Assembly (NCBI GenBank): GCA_964016885.1
Contig: OZ024766.1
Coordinates: 12,834,001-12,898,000 of the forward strand
Direction: 5' to 3'
Length of the DNA: 64,000 nucleotides
From: Eledone cirrhosa
Lineage: Eukaryota
Made by a program: the position numbers and the translations under genes
Shown here: one piece after another, positions 30,368-42,024 of the stretch
Position numbering within the stretch: position 1 is the stretch's first letter
Layout: each line of letters starts with the position of its first letter
The notes under the pieces: generated by a model
Seen by the model: the letters and a program-made list of their open reading frames with translations, nothing else
The model's database searches: none
What the model was told of the DNA's origin: nothing

Positions 30368-31323
30368 CACCAACATTGCCTCCTATAGTGTGTGTAATTA
30401 AGGGCCCTCTATCATCTAAGGTAATGACTTCTCTGCTCTGATAAATTTTAAAGGCCTACACCAACATTCCCTATTGTAGTGTGTAATTGAAGGGCCCTCT
30501 ATCATCTAAGGTAATGACTTCTCTGCTCTGATAAATTTTAAAGGCCTACACCAACATTCCCTGTTGTAGTGTGTAATTGAAGGGCCCTCTGTCACATAAG
30601 GTAATGTCTTGTCTGCTATGTTAAATTTTAAAGGCCTACACCAACATTCCCTGTTGTAGTGTGTAATTGAAGGGCCCTCTGTCACATAAGGTAATGTCTT
30701 GTCTGCTATGTTAAATTTTAAAGGCCTACACCAACATTCCCTGTTGTAGTGTGTAATTGAAGGGCCCTCTGTCACATAAGGTAATGTCTTGTCTGCTATG
30801 TTAAATTTTAAAGGCCTACACCAACATTCCCTGTTGTAGTGTGTAATTGAAGGGCCCTCTGTCACATAAGGTAATGTCTTGTCTGCTATGTTAAATTTTA
30901 AAGGCCTACACCAACATTGCCTGTTGTAGTGTGTAATTGAAGGGCCCTCTGTCACATAAGGTAATGTCTTGTCTGCTATGTTAAATTTTAAAGGCCTACA
31001 CCAACATTCCCTGTTGTAGTGTGTAATTGAAGGGCCCTCTGTCACATAAGGTAATGTCTTGTCTGCTATGTTAAATTTTAAAGGCCTACACCAACATTCC
31101 CTGTTGTAGTGTGTAATTGAAGGGCCCTCTGTCACATAAGGTAATGTCTTGTCTGCTATGTTAAATTTTAAAGGCCTACACCAACATTCCCTGTTGTAGT
31201 GTGTAATTGAAGGGCCCTCTGTCACATAAGGTAATGTCTTGTCTGCTATGTTAAATTTTAAAGGCCTACACCAACATTGCCTGTTGTAGTGTGTAATTGA
31301 AGGGCCCTCTGTCACATAAGGTA
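30368..31323. repeat. 90-bp minisatellite, ~10.6 copies
   Basis: AAGGCCTACA recurs at 30451, 30541 ... 31261; single-copy homolog at ~38068-38153. Confidence 0.97.
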
Positions 31324-31575
31324 TTGCTGTGAGTGTCTAGCCTCAGAAACTTTAGAGGGTAACACCAACAATCTCTGTTATAGTAATGGAAGGAGTAGTT
31401 TTACCTGTTTTTCTTTTTTTTATTGATTTCATTGTTTTGTAAATAATTTATTAAATTTTCATAATAAATTTTATAAATTCTATTTATGTCCTAAATTTCA
31501 TTCTATTTGTTGTTAATAAAAGAATTATATTTAAGGAATTTATCAACTCTGTAACTTCAACCTTTTTTTATTTTG

Positions 31576-33375
31576 CCATCTAAATCTCTGTTATTAACAC
31601 CATATGTAATGATATCATCTTGTTAGTAGTTTTAATACATCTAACACCCATCTAAATCTCTGTTATTAACACCATATGTAATGATATCATCTTGTAAGTA
31701 GTTTTAAAACATCTAACACCGATCTAAATCTCTGTTATTAACACCATATGTAATGATATCATCTTGTTAGTAGTTTTAATACATCTAACACCCATCTAAA
31801 TCTCTGTTATTAACACCATATGTAATGATATCATCTTGTAAGTAGTTTTAAAACATCTAACACCCATCTAAATCTCTGTTATTAACACCATATGTAATGA
31901 TATCATCTTGTTAGTAGTTTTAATACATCTAACACCCATCTAAATCTCTGTTATTAACACCATATGTAATGATATCATCTTGTAAGTAGTTTTAAAACAT
32001 CTAACACCCATCTAAATCTCTGTTATTAACACCATATGTAATGATATCATCTTGTTAGTAGTTTTAATACATCTAACACCCATCTAAATCTCTGTTATTA
32101 ACACCATATGTAATGATATCATCTTGTAAGTAGTTTTAAAACATCTAACACCCATCTAAATCTCTGTTATTAACACCATATGTAATGATATCATCTTGTT
32201 AGTAGTTTTAATACATCTAACACCCATCTAAATCTCTGTTATTAACACCATATGTAATGATATCATCTTGTAAGTAGTTTTAAAACATCTAACACCCATC
32301 TAAATCTCTGTTATTAACACCATATGTAATGATATCATCTTGTTAGTAGTTTTAATACATCTAACACCCATCTAAATCTCTGTTATTAACACCATATGTA
32401 ATGATATCATCTTGTAAGTAGTTTTAAAACATCTAACACCCATCTAAATCTCTGTTATTAACACCATATGTAATGATATCATCTTGTTAGTAGTTTTAAT
32501 ACATCTAACACCCATCTAAATCTCTGTTATTAACACCATATGTAATGATATCATCTTGTAAGTAGTTTTAAAACATCTAACACCCATCTAAATCTCTGTT
32601 ATTAACACCATATGTAATGATATCATCTTGTAAGTAGTTTTAATACATCTAACACCCATCTAAATCTCTGTTATTAACACCATATGTAATGATATCATCT
32701 TGTAAATAGTTTTAATACAACTAACACCCATCTAAATCTCTGTTATTAACACCATATGTAATGATATCATCTTGTAAGTAGTTTTAATACATCTAACACC
32801 CATCTAAATCTCTGTTATTAACACCATATGTAATGATATCATCTTGTTAGTAGTTTTAATACATCTAACACCCATCTAAATCTCTGTTATTAACACCATA
32901 TGTAATGATATCATCTTGTAAGTAGTTTTAAAACATCTAACACCCATCTAAATCTCTGTTATTAACACCATATGTAATGATATCATCTTGTAAGTAGTTT
33001 TAATACATCTAACATCCATCTAAATCTCTGTTATTAACACCATATGTAATGATATCATCTTGTAAGTAGTTTTAATACATCTAACACCCATCTAAATCTC
33101 TGCTATTAACACCATATGTAATGATATCATCTTGTAAGTAGATTTAATACATCTAACACCCATCTAAATCTCTGTTATTAACACCATATATAATGATATC
33201 ATCTTGTAACTAGTTTTAATACATCTAACACCCATCTAAATCTCTGTTATTAACACCATATGTAATGATTCATCTTGCATGTAGTATTAATACATCTAAC
33301 ACCTATCTAAATCTCTGTTATTAACACTATATGTAATGATATCATCTTGTGAGTAGTTTTAATACATCTAACACA
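31576..33375. repeat. 72-bp minisatellite, ~25 copies, 144-bp dimer in the 5' part
   Basis: TAAATCTCTG at 31581, 31653, 31941 etc.; alternating TTAG/TAATAC and TAAG/TAAAAC variants. Confidence 0.97.
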
Positions 33376-33603
33376 AACATTTCAATATTGTTTAAAATCA
33401 TTGAAATTCTATCACTCTTCGTATATTTTACAACTGAAATTTAGAAATTTGACAATATCCTGGTTATAGGGCCACTAACTTTGGTGGTATCATTGTTTCC
33501 CTAAAGAAACAAGAAAAATTAAAACTTATTCACAAAATATCACAAACTGTTGAAGTATTAGTTGTTTGTTGTTGAACTTGTAGTAATGGAGATTTCTGGC
33601 ATT

Positions 33604-34261
33604 CTTGGTCCCTACACCACCTCCCTACTAACTGTTATCACGGTGGAGTTAGCCACACACCGAAGTGTCTTGTTAAACTATAGTGGTGGAGACAATTGTC
33701 AGACTTGGTCCCTAAACTACCTCCCTACTAACTGTTATAAGGGTGGAGTTAGCCACCCACAGGAGTGTCTTGTTAAACTATAGGGGTGGAGACAATTGTC
33801 AGACTTGGTCCCTAAACTACCTCCCTACTAACTGTTATAATGGTGGAGTTAGCCACCCACAGGAGTGTCTTGTTAAACTATAGTGATGGAGACAATTGTC
33901 AGACTTGGTCCCTAAACTACCTCCCTACTAACTGTTATAAGGGTGGAGTTAGCCACCCACAGGAGTGTCTTGTGAAACTATAGGGGTGGAGACAATTGTC
34001 AGACTTGGTCCCTATACCACCTCCCTAATAACTGTTATCACGGTGGAGTTGACCACCCACAGGAGTGTCTTGTTAAACTATAGGGGTGGAGACAATTGTC
34101 AGACTTGGTCCCTATACCACCTCCCTACTAACTGTTATTAGGGTGGAGTTAGCCACCCACAGGAGTGTCTTGTTAAACTATAGTGGTGGAGACAATTGTC
34201 AAACTTGGTCTCTATACCACCTCTCTACTAACTGTTATCAGGGTGGAGTTGGCAACACACA
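33604..34261. repeat. 100-bp minisatellite, ~6.6 copies
   Basis: GACAATTGTC at 33691, 33791 ... 34191. Confidence 0.96.
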
Positions 34262-34564
34262 GAAGAGAGCCTCACAAGTTTTAAAAGCTATTTCAACTCA
34301 TCTCACTTACTGTCCCCCAGGGTGACCCCCTATCACCATTCTGTCCTCTCCTGGGACCACAAGGTAGCTGGTACCTAGTGTTCTCCATGACAGAAAGAAT
34401 TCTCCCACCCTGTCCAGGTTTGTATCATTGGGGGTAGTGATGGTATAGTTTACTGATTGTTGTTAGTCACAGTCAATTATAAGAAATGTTTCAAGAAATA
34501 TGAAGCAACAAATATTATTTGCTAAAACTAGTTAAATCTCTATGGATTTGTAAGTTAGGCTCAA

Positions 34565-34750
34565 GAGCAGCAGATTTAGGAGAGGGGCAAAGTTGATTAA
34601 ATCAACCCCAATACATGACTAATATATTTTATCAACTCTAGAATTATGAAATAATTATTTGATCTTGGCAGGATTTGAACTGAGAATGTTAAGAACCAGA
34701 ACAAATACTGCAATGATATTTTATCTGGTGCTCTACCAATTCTGCCATTC
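34565..34750 (-). mobile_element. Old tRNA-derived SINE (duplicated at ~39945-40128)
   Basis: Reverse complement has B-box-like AGTTCAAATCC and GGGGTTGATTTAATCAACTTT as in SINE 51073-51300. Confidence 0.6.
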
Positions 34751-34946
34751 TACCATCTTTGTTTAAATCTATATTAAAGTAAATGTAGAATATGTCCATC
34801 TACCATGTGAAATTCTACTGAGATCATCCCAGAACTACACAATAGTGTTTCAATAGAACACATACACACAAACATTTTATTACCTAAATTTCAGTCTTAC
34901 ACTGTAATATCAATTCTCAACTTTTAAATATACTTCAAGAATTACT

Positions 34947-35722
34947 ATGGAGGACGTTAAACAGTTGGACATTTCTAATGCCACTGTTTCTACCAATATA
35001 GATACAGTTACACAGACATACAGTGGTGAGAAACTTCTACCTAGTGAAACATGTACTGAACATGGATCATTACACAGAAATACTTGTAGTGACCTACATT
35101 CCGCGGGCTCACATACATTCTCTGTGCGTGATTTGGCTCAGCTCAGCCAATCATTGCCAGTAGAAGAGAATGTATCTCTACGCGCCCTGAGGGAAAAGTT
35201 CCCGCGTTGATTTGAAGAATCAGCCTCTCGCTTACTGTCTGTGAAAAGATAAACACCTAACTTTCTTTCGTCGTGAAATCACTAGCCAACATGTAACACA
35301 ACTTAACCACGGCCTGGCAACACTTCAGCCAGAGGACCGTGTCTTCTGAAAGCCTTAATTCATTGTTTCATCTCTCTTGGCATGTCAGCTATTCAGCTCT
35401 ACTCAGCTCAATCTTTGTAAATAAATATTGTACATACAACCCAGTGACCTGTTATATATTCCTGAATATAGTTGTGAGATTTGTAGGAAAACTTTCTCAT
35501 CAGAAGATGAATTATCCTCACACAAACACATACATATTAAAGACAAACCCTATCACTGTTAAATATGTGGGAAATCTTTCACTGAAAAAACTAATTTTGT
35601 TAGACACTTATGTAATCACACAGGAGTAAAACCCTGTCACTGAAATATGTAGGAAATATTTTGCTTCTAACAGTAATTTAACTGTATACAAAAGAACACA
35701 TACTGGACAAAACCCTATTACT
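34947..35722 (+). pseudogene. C2H2 zinc-finger gene copy B, interrupted by a solo LTR, with stops and a frameshift
   Basis: MEDVKQLDIS leader; after 35460 resumes PEYSCEICRKTF..HC*ICGK; truncated after ~3 fingers. Confidence 0.88.
35085..35456 (+). mobile_element. Solo LTR (372 bp) inserted in ZNF-B
   Basis: Termini TGTAGT..GTTATA; flanking TACT/TATT 4-bp TSD (empty site AAATATTCCT in paralogs); AATAAA at ~35419. Confidence 0.75.
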
Positions 35723-35780
35723 CTCAATTCGGAGAAGTAGCGGGTCTACCTTAAGCGACTCTATGAGCTATGCACTTTAT
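35721..35780 (-). mobile_element. Short RTE LINE fragment homologous to the 99-bp repeat unit
   Basis: Reverse complement encodes ..ESLKVDPLLLRIE and matches 42026-42090. Confidence 0.65.
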
Positions 35781-36089
35781 TTAATAACATTATTCCAAGG
35801 ACCCTATTTCGGCCACTTGTATTTATGATCATATTCTCATATTCAACTCCGCTAGAAAAAGCGAAATGCAACGCAAATTCGGAGTCATGATGGCAAGCGC
35901 TCCATGGGCTAAAGAGACCAGGTTATAAAGGCCATACAAACTGAGAAGGTGGTCAAGAAGGCATTAACCACCTAAGCCAAAAAAGCAAGTCAAGCTAAAC
36001 GGGTCAGACAAAATAAATGACATATATATATATACATGTGTGTGACTAAACTGCAGAATATCGTCTTTGTTGACGTAAGACAGTAGAGA

Positions 36090-36345
36090 GTGATATTTGG
36101 CTGCTATTTCTACCAGGTCAAGCAACTAGGTAAGAGTCTCTCTACGGGTAGTCAACTCTGTTCCTATGGTGGTAAGTAGGGAGTTAGCCCTAGGGCCAAG
36201 GACACCGGAAGTCTCTACTGCCAAGGGCACGACCGCAAACCTGTCGAGGAGCGAAATGTGTAATTCCTTTACTTTAAGACTTTAAGGTGTGTGTTGGCTG
36301 CTATTTCTACCAGGTCAAGTAATCAGGTAAGAGACTCCGTCGTTG
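36090..36345 (+). repeat. Two diverged copies of a short interspersed motif TTGGCTGCTATTTCTACCAGGTCAAG..GGTAAGAG
   Basis: Copies at ~36097-36145 and ~36295-36340. Confidence 0.6.
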
Positions 36346-36994
36346 AAACGTTTTAAATATTTCACTGAGTGATGCTGCTTGTTTTACCAGGGGTTGGATA
36401 CCATTGATGGAGTGAATTGATATAACTGAAGGTCTTTCTGAAGGTATTAAATTATGTCAGGGACTTTTAACGTATGACACCGGTGTTATTCAGGGGAGTG
36501 AAGCGTTACCAACGACATCACGTACCAGCTATCTTAATTATAACTTTAATTAATCTAATTATATCTTGTGTAGGAATTATCTCATGTTAGGGTGAAAGTT
36601 AATATTCTGTAGATAACCTAGAGTGAGCTACATGTTCCAGGGTAGGTGTTCCATCTCCTACATGATTAAATATTTCATTTCATGAGAAACTACGCCACAT
36701 CGTGAATTGGTTGTTCCACATTTTACAGGACAGTGAGAAATAGGTTTAAATCACCATCTGAACAATTAGCTTCCCTGGTCTTTCTTGACTTTACATTTGG
36801 ACTTGAAATATAAAGTACGTATTATTTGTATTGTTAACACAGCAGATATTGTGTACTTTTCTACACTCCAGGTAAAACAATCCTCATTTATTAAGACACA
36901 AACTCACACACTCTCTCTTACACTTTCTTATACTTACATCAGTCTTACACAGTCATATATCTTCAGAACTTCGTAGAATTCTTCAAGAATTACT

Positions 36995-37912
36995 ATGGAA
37001 GACGTTAAACACTTGGACATTTCTACCAATATAGATACAGTTACACAGACATACAGTGGTGAGAAACCTTTACCTAGTGAAACATGTACTGAACAAGGAT
37101 CATTACACAGAAATATTCCTGAATATAGCTGTGAGATTTGTAGGAAAACTTTCTCATCAGAAGATGAATTATCTACACACAAACACATACATATTAAAGA
37201 CAAACCCTGTCATTGTGAAATATGTGGGAAATATTTCAGTGTGAATTCCAATTTAATTAGGCATTTACGTAGTCACAGTGGGGAAAAACCATTTCACTGT
37301 GAAATATGTGGGAAATCTTTCGCTAGGAAAGCTAATCTTGTTAGACATATACGTATTCACACCGGAGAGAAACCTTTTCACTGTGAAATATGTGGGAAAT
37401 ATTTTGCTGATAGTGATGCACTTATAGTCCACAGAAGAACACACACTGGAGAGAAACACTTCCATTGTGAAATATGTGGGAAAACGTTTGTGCAAAGCTG
37501 TGATTTAACTGTACATAAAAGAACACACACTGGAGAGAGACCCTATCACTGTGAAATATGTGGGAAATCTTTTGTAACAAGCAGTAATTCAACTATACAT
37601 AAAAGAACACACACTGGAGAGAAACCCTATCATTGTGAAATATGTGGGAAAGCGTTTATACAGAGCAGTTCTTTAACTGTACATAAAAGAACACACACTG
37701 GAGAGAAACCGTATCCCTGTGAAATATGTGGGAAATCTTTTGTAACAAGCAGTTCTTTAACTGTACACAAAAGAACACACACTGGAGAGAAACCCTATCA
37801 CTGTACAATATGTGGGAAATCTTTTAGCTGGAGTAATGTTTTAACTACACATGAAAGAACACATACTGGAGAGAAACCCTATCACTGTGAAATGTGGGAA
37901 ATCTTTCATTAA
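36995..37912 (+). CDS. C2H2 zinc-finger protein (copy C), 305 aa, 9 intact fingers, no recognisable effector domain
   Basis: Open ORF with CxxC..F..L..HxxxH repeats and TGEKP linkers; 10th finger frameshifted (CEMWEIFH); probable splice acceptor CAG|TCTTAC at ~36942. Confidence 0.88.
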   Translation: MEDVKHLDISTNIDTVTQTYSGEKPLPSETCTEQGSLHRNIPEYSCEICRKTFSSEDELSTHKHIHIKDKPCHCEICGKYFSVNSNLIRHLRSHSGEKPFHCEICGKSFARKANLVRHIRIHTGEKPFHCEICGKYFADSDALIVHRRTHTGEKHFHCEICGKTFVQSCDLTVHKRTHTGERPYHCEICGKSFVTSSNSTIHKRTHTGEKPYHCEICGKAFIQSSSLTVHKRTHTGEKPYPCEICGKSFVTSSSLTVHKRTHTGEKPYHCTICGKSFSWSNVLTTHERTHTGEKPYHCEMWEIFH

Positions 37913-38368
37913 TAACAGTGAATATAATAAACACAAAATAACACACACTAGTGAAAAACTTTTCATGCAGTGAAATATGTGGAAAATGTTTTTTCTTTAA
38001 CAGTTACTTAGACACAAACATAAAGAGGAATGAAACTTTTCAACTGTGAAACATGAGACATCTGAGTTAATGTCTTCTCTGCTCTGATAAATTTTAGAGG
38101 ACTACACCAACATTCGTGGTGTAGTGTGTAATTGAAGGGCCCTCTGTCACATGAGATTCTCTGTTATAGTAATTGAAGGAGTAGTTTTACCTGTTTTTAT
38201 TTTTATTTTTGACTCACTTTTTTTTATTGATTTCATTGTTTTGTAAATAATTTATTAATTTTTCATAATTAATTTTATAAATTGTATTTATGTCCTAAAT
38301 TTCATTCTATTTGTTAATAAAATAATTATATTCAAGGAATTTATCAAGTTCAAACTTTTTTTTATTTT

Positions 38369-38580
38369 GCCATCTAAATCTCTGTTATTAACACCATATG
38401 TAATGATATCATGTAAATAGTTTTAATACATCTAACACCCATCTAAATCTATGTTATTAACACCATATGTAATGATATCACCTTGTAAGTAGTTTTAATA
38501 CATCTAAAACCCATCTAAATCTCTGTTATTAACACCATATGTAATGATATCTTGTAAGTAGTTTTAATACATCTAACACA
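38369..38580. repeat. 72-bp family repeat, ~3 copies
   Basis: Same unit as 31576-33375. Confidence 0.93.
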
Positions 38581-38723
38581 AACACTTCAATATTGTTTAA
38601 AATCATTGAAATTCTATCACTCTTCATATATTTAACAACTGAAATTTAGAAATTTGACAATATCCTAGTTAAAGGGCCACTAACTTTGGTGGTGTCATTG
38701 TTTCCCTAAAGAAAAATTAGAAG

Positions 38724-39638
38724 AGTTAGCCACCCACAGGAGCATCTTGTTAAACTAGAGTGGTGGAGACAATTGTCAGACTTGGTCCCCATACCACCTC
38801 CCTACTAACTGTTATTAGGGTGGAGTTAGCCACCCACAGGAGTGTCTTGTTAAACTATAGTGATGGAGACAATTGTCAGACTTGGCCCCTATACCACCTC
38901 CCTACTAACTGCTATCAGGGTGGAGTTGGCAACACACAGGAGTGTCTTGTTAACCTATAGGGGTGGAGACAATTGTCAGACTTGGTCCCTATACCACCTC
39001 CCTACTAACTGTTATTAGGGTGGAGTTAGCCACCCACAGGAATGTCTTGTTAAACTATAGTGATGGAGACAATTGTCAGACTTGGTCCCTATACCACCTC
39101 CCTACTAACTGCTATCAGGGTGGAGTTGGCAACACACAGGAGTGTCTTGTTAAACTATAGTGATGGAGACAATTGTCAGACTTGGTCCCTATACCACCTC
39201 TCTACTAACTGTTATTAGGGTGGAGTTAGCCACCCACAGGAATGTCTTGTTAAACTATAGTGATGGAGACAATTGTCAGACTTGGTCCCTATACCACCTC
39301 CCTACTAACTGCTATCAGGGTGGAGTTGGCAACACACAGGAGTGTCTTGTTAAACTATAGTGATGGAGACAATTGTCAGACTTGGTCTCTATACCACCTC
39401 TCTACTAACTGTTATCAGGGTGGAGTTGGCCACCCACAGGAGTGTCTTGTTAAACTATAGTGATGGAGACAATTGTCAGACTTGGTCCCTAAACTACCTC
39501 CCTACTAACTGTTATAAGGGTGGAGTTAGCCACCCACAGGAGTGTCTTGTTAAACTATAGTGATGGAGACAATTGTCAGACTTGGTCCCTAAACTACCTC
39601 CCTACTAACTGTTATCAGGGTGGAGTTGGCAACACACA
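38724..39638. repeat. 100-bp minisatellite, ~9 copies
   Basis: GACAATTGTC at 38768 ... 39568; same unit as 33604-34261. Confidence 0.96.
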
Positions 39639-40319
39639 GAAGAGAGCCCCACAAGTTTTAAAAGCTATTTCAACTCATCTCACTTACTGTCCCCCAGGGT
39701 GACCCCCTATCACCATTCTGTCCTCTCCTGGGACCACAAGGTAGCTGGTACCTAGTGTTCTCCATGACAGAAAGAATTCTCCCACCCTGTCCAGGTTTGT
39801 ATCATTGGGGGGTAGTGATGGTATAGTTTACTGATTGTTGCTAGTCACAGTCAATTATAAGAAATGTTTCAAGAAATATGAAGCAACAAATATTATTTGC
39901 TAAAACTAGTTAAATCTCTATGGATTTGTAAGTTAGGCTCAAGACCAGCAGATTTAGGAGAGGAACAAAGTTGATTAAATCAACCCCAATACATGACTGG
40001 TAATATATTTTATCAACTCTAGAATTATGAAATAATTATTTGATCTTGGCAGGATTTGAACTGAGAATGTTAAGAACCAGAACAAATACTGCAATGATAT
40101 TTTATCTGGTGCTCTACCAATTCTGCCATCTTTGTTTAAATCTATATTAAAGTAAATGTAGAATATGTCCATCTACCATGTGAAATTCTACTGAGATCAT
40201 CCCAGAACTACACAATAGTGTTTCAATAGAACACATACACACAAACATTTTATTACCTAAATTTCAGTCTTACACTGTAATATCAATTCTCAACTTTTAA
40301 ATATACTTCAAGAATTACT

Positions 40320-41205
40320 ATGGAGGATGTTAAACAGTTGGACATTTCTAATGCAGCTGTTTCTTTCCATTTTGACATATGTGGGAAATCTTTCAGTGAG
40401 AGAAGTAAGCTTGTTGGGCATAAACGTAGTCACACCGGAGAAAAACCTTTCCACTGCAAAATATGTGGGAGAACTTACACTGAAAATGCAAGTCTTTTAG
40501 TTTACAGAAGAACACACACTGGCGAGAAACGATATCATTGTGAAATATGTGGGAAATCTTTTGACAATAGCAGCAATATGATTAAACACAAAAGAAGACA
40601 TACTGGAGAAAAACCCTATCACTGTGAAATATGTGGAAAATCTTTCTCTGAGAATGTTAGTCTTGTAGTTCACAAAAGAACATAGTGGAGAGAAACCTTT
40701 CCACTATGAAATATGTGGAAACTCCTTTGCCACTAGCAGTAAATTGACTGTCCATAAAAGAACACACACTGGAGAGAAACCTTTTCAATGTGAAATATGT
40801 GAGAAATCTTTTGCCACTAGCAGTCGTTTAACTGTCCACAAAAGAAAACACACTGGAGAGAAACCCTATACCTGTGAAATATGCACAAAATCCTTTGCCA
40901 CTAACAGTGAATTGACTGTCCACAAAATAAAACATACTGGAGAGAAACCTTTCCATTGTGATATATGTGAAAAATCCTTTGCCATTAATCGTGAATTGAC
41001 AGTCCACAAAAGAACACACAGCGGAGAGAAACTTTTCCACTGTGATATATGTGGGTAATCTTTTGCCACTAGCAGTCATTTAACTCCACAAAAGAACACA
41101 TGCTGGAGAAAAAGCCTTCAACTCTAAAATATATGGGAAATCTTTTACACACAACTCTGACCTGGTTGACCATGTATGCAGCCACACTGGTAAAAACCCT
41201 TTTGT
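40320..41205 (+). pseudogene. C2H2 zinc-finger gene copy D, ~10 fingers, frameshifted with stops
   Basis: ORFs 40320-40685 and 40744-41058 in different frames; TAA at 41056; Cys->Phe/Tyr substitutions. Confidence 0.88.
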
Positions 41206-41598
41206 AACTGATTTAGTCACAAACAAATATTTATGCATGTAACAGAATGTGTGACTGTAAGTCAGACAGACTCCTGTCCCCAGCTTGTCTGGGAAGTTTG
41301 AAGACCCACTTTACTACTAACTTTGACTATGTAGACCTGTTCAACCCTTGTCAGCAGGGAAAGTGGGCATTAAACAATGAAGATTATAGTAACAAACACA
41401 CACTTGAGGAAAACCTTTTAAGTATAAAATGTGAAACATCGTTTTACAAATCTAAAGCTATTGTCCACCAACATTGTAGGGGAACCTTTATTACTTCTAT
41501 AAAGTCCAAACATTGCTTGTCATTTTTGTAATGATATTTTTAGTTGGAATTAAATTTTTATTAATATCTGATTCTTGTCTTCTTGAATTCATTCTTAA

Positions 41599-41975
41599 TC
41601 ATCATCATCATCATTTAACATCTATCTTCCACGCTAGCATGGGTTAGATGGGAATTGTCCCGCTTGAGGCAAGATTGATCGAGTGACCGTGTCTTGCTCG
41701 TATAGGACTGTATCTGGCAGGTTTTCTACGGCTGGATGCCCTTCCTAACACCAACCACATTTACAGTGTGGACTGGGAGCCTTTTTACCTCGTCTCCTAC
41801 AGGACAACTTTACAGCATGGACTGGGTGCTTTTTTGTCGTGACACCTGCACAACCTCTATAGTTTGGACTGGATGTTCTGTGGTAGCAACATAATTTACA
41901 GAGAAAGGGTGGTGTTGGTGGGAGAGAGACGATGGAGTTGGGTTGTATATTTGGTTAAGAGGTGCCTACTGCTAG
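41599..41975 (-). mobile_element. RTE LINE 3' UTR fragment with (GAT)n tail
   Basis: Reverse complement of the 49915-51070 3' UTR, including the GGTTGGTGTTAGGAAGGGCATCCAGC motif present only once here. Confidence 0.85.
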
Positions 41976-42024
41976 TAAAAACCTACTGATATGATGCTGG
42001 TTAAAATATTTGTTACTCATGTAT

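Larger units (their letters stand above)
36665..40364 (+). repeat. Segmental duplication copy 2 (ZNF-C, minisatellites, start of ZNF-D)
   Basis: Colinear with 27688-34991. Confidence 0.92.

Noticed and set aside
30506-31315. 269-aa repetitive ORF on - strand
   Set aside because: Read-through of the 90-bp minisatellite; the paralogous locus has one diverged unit.
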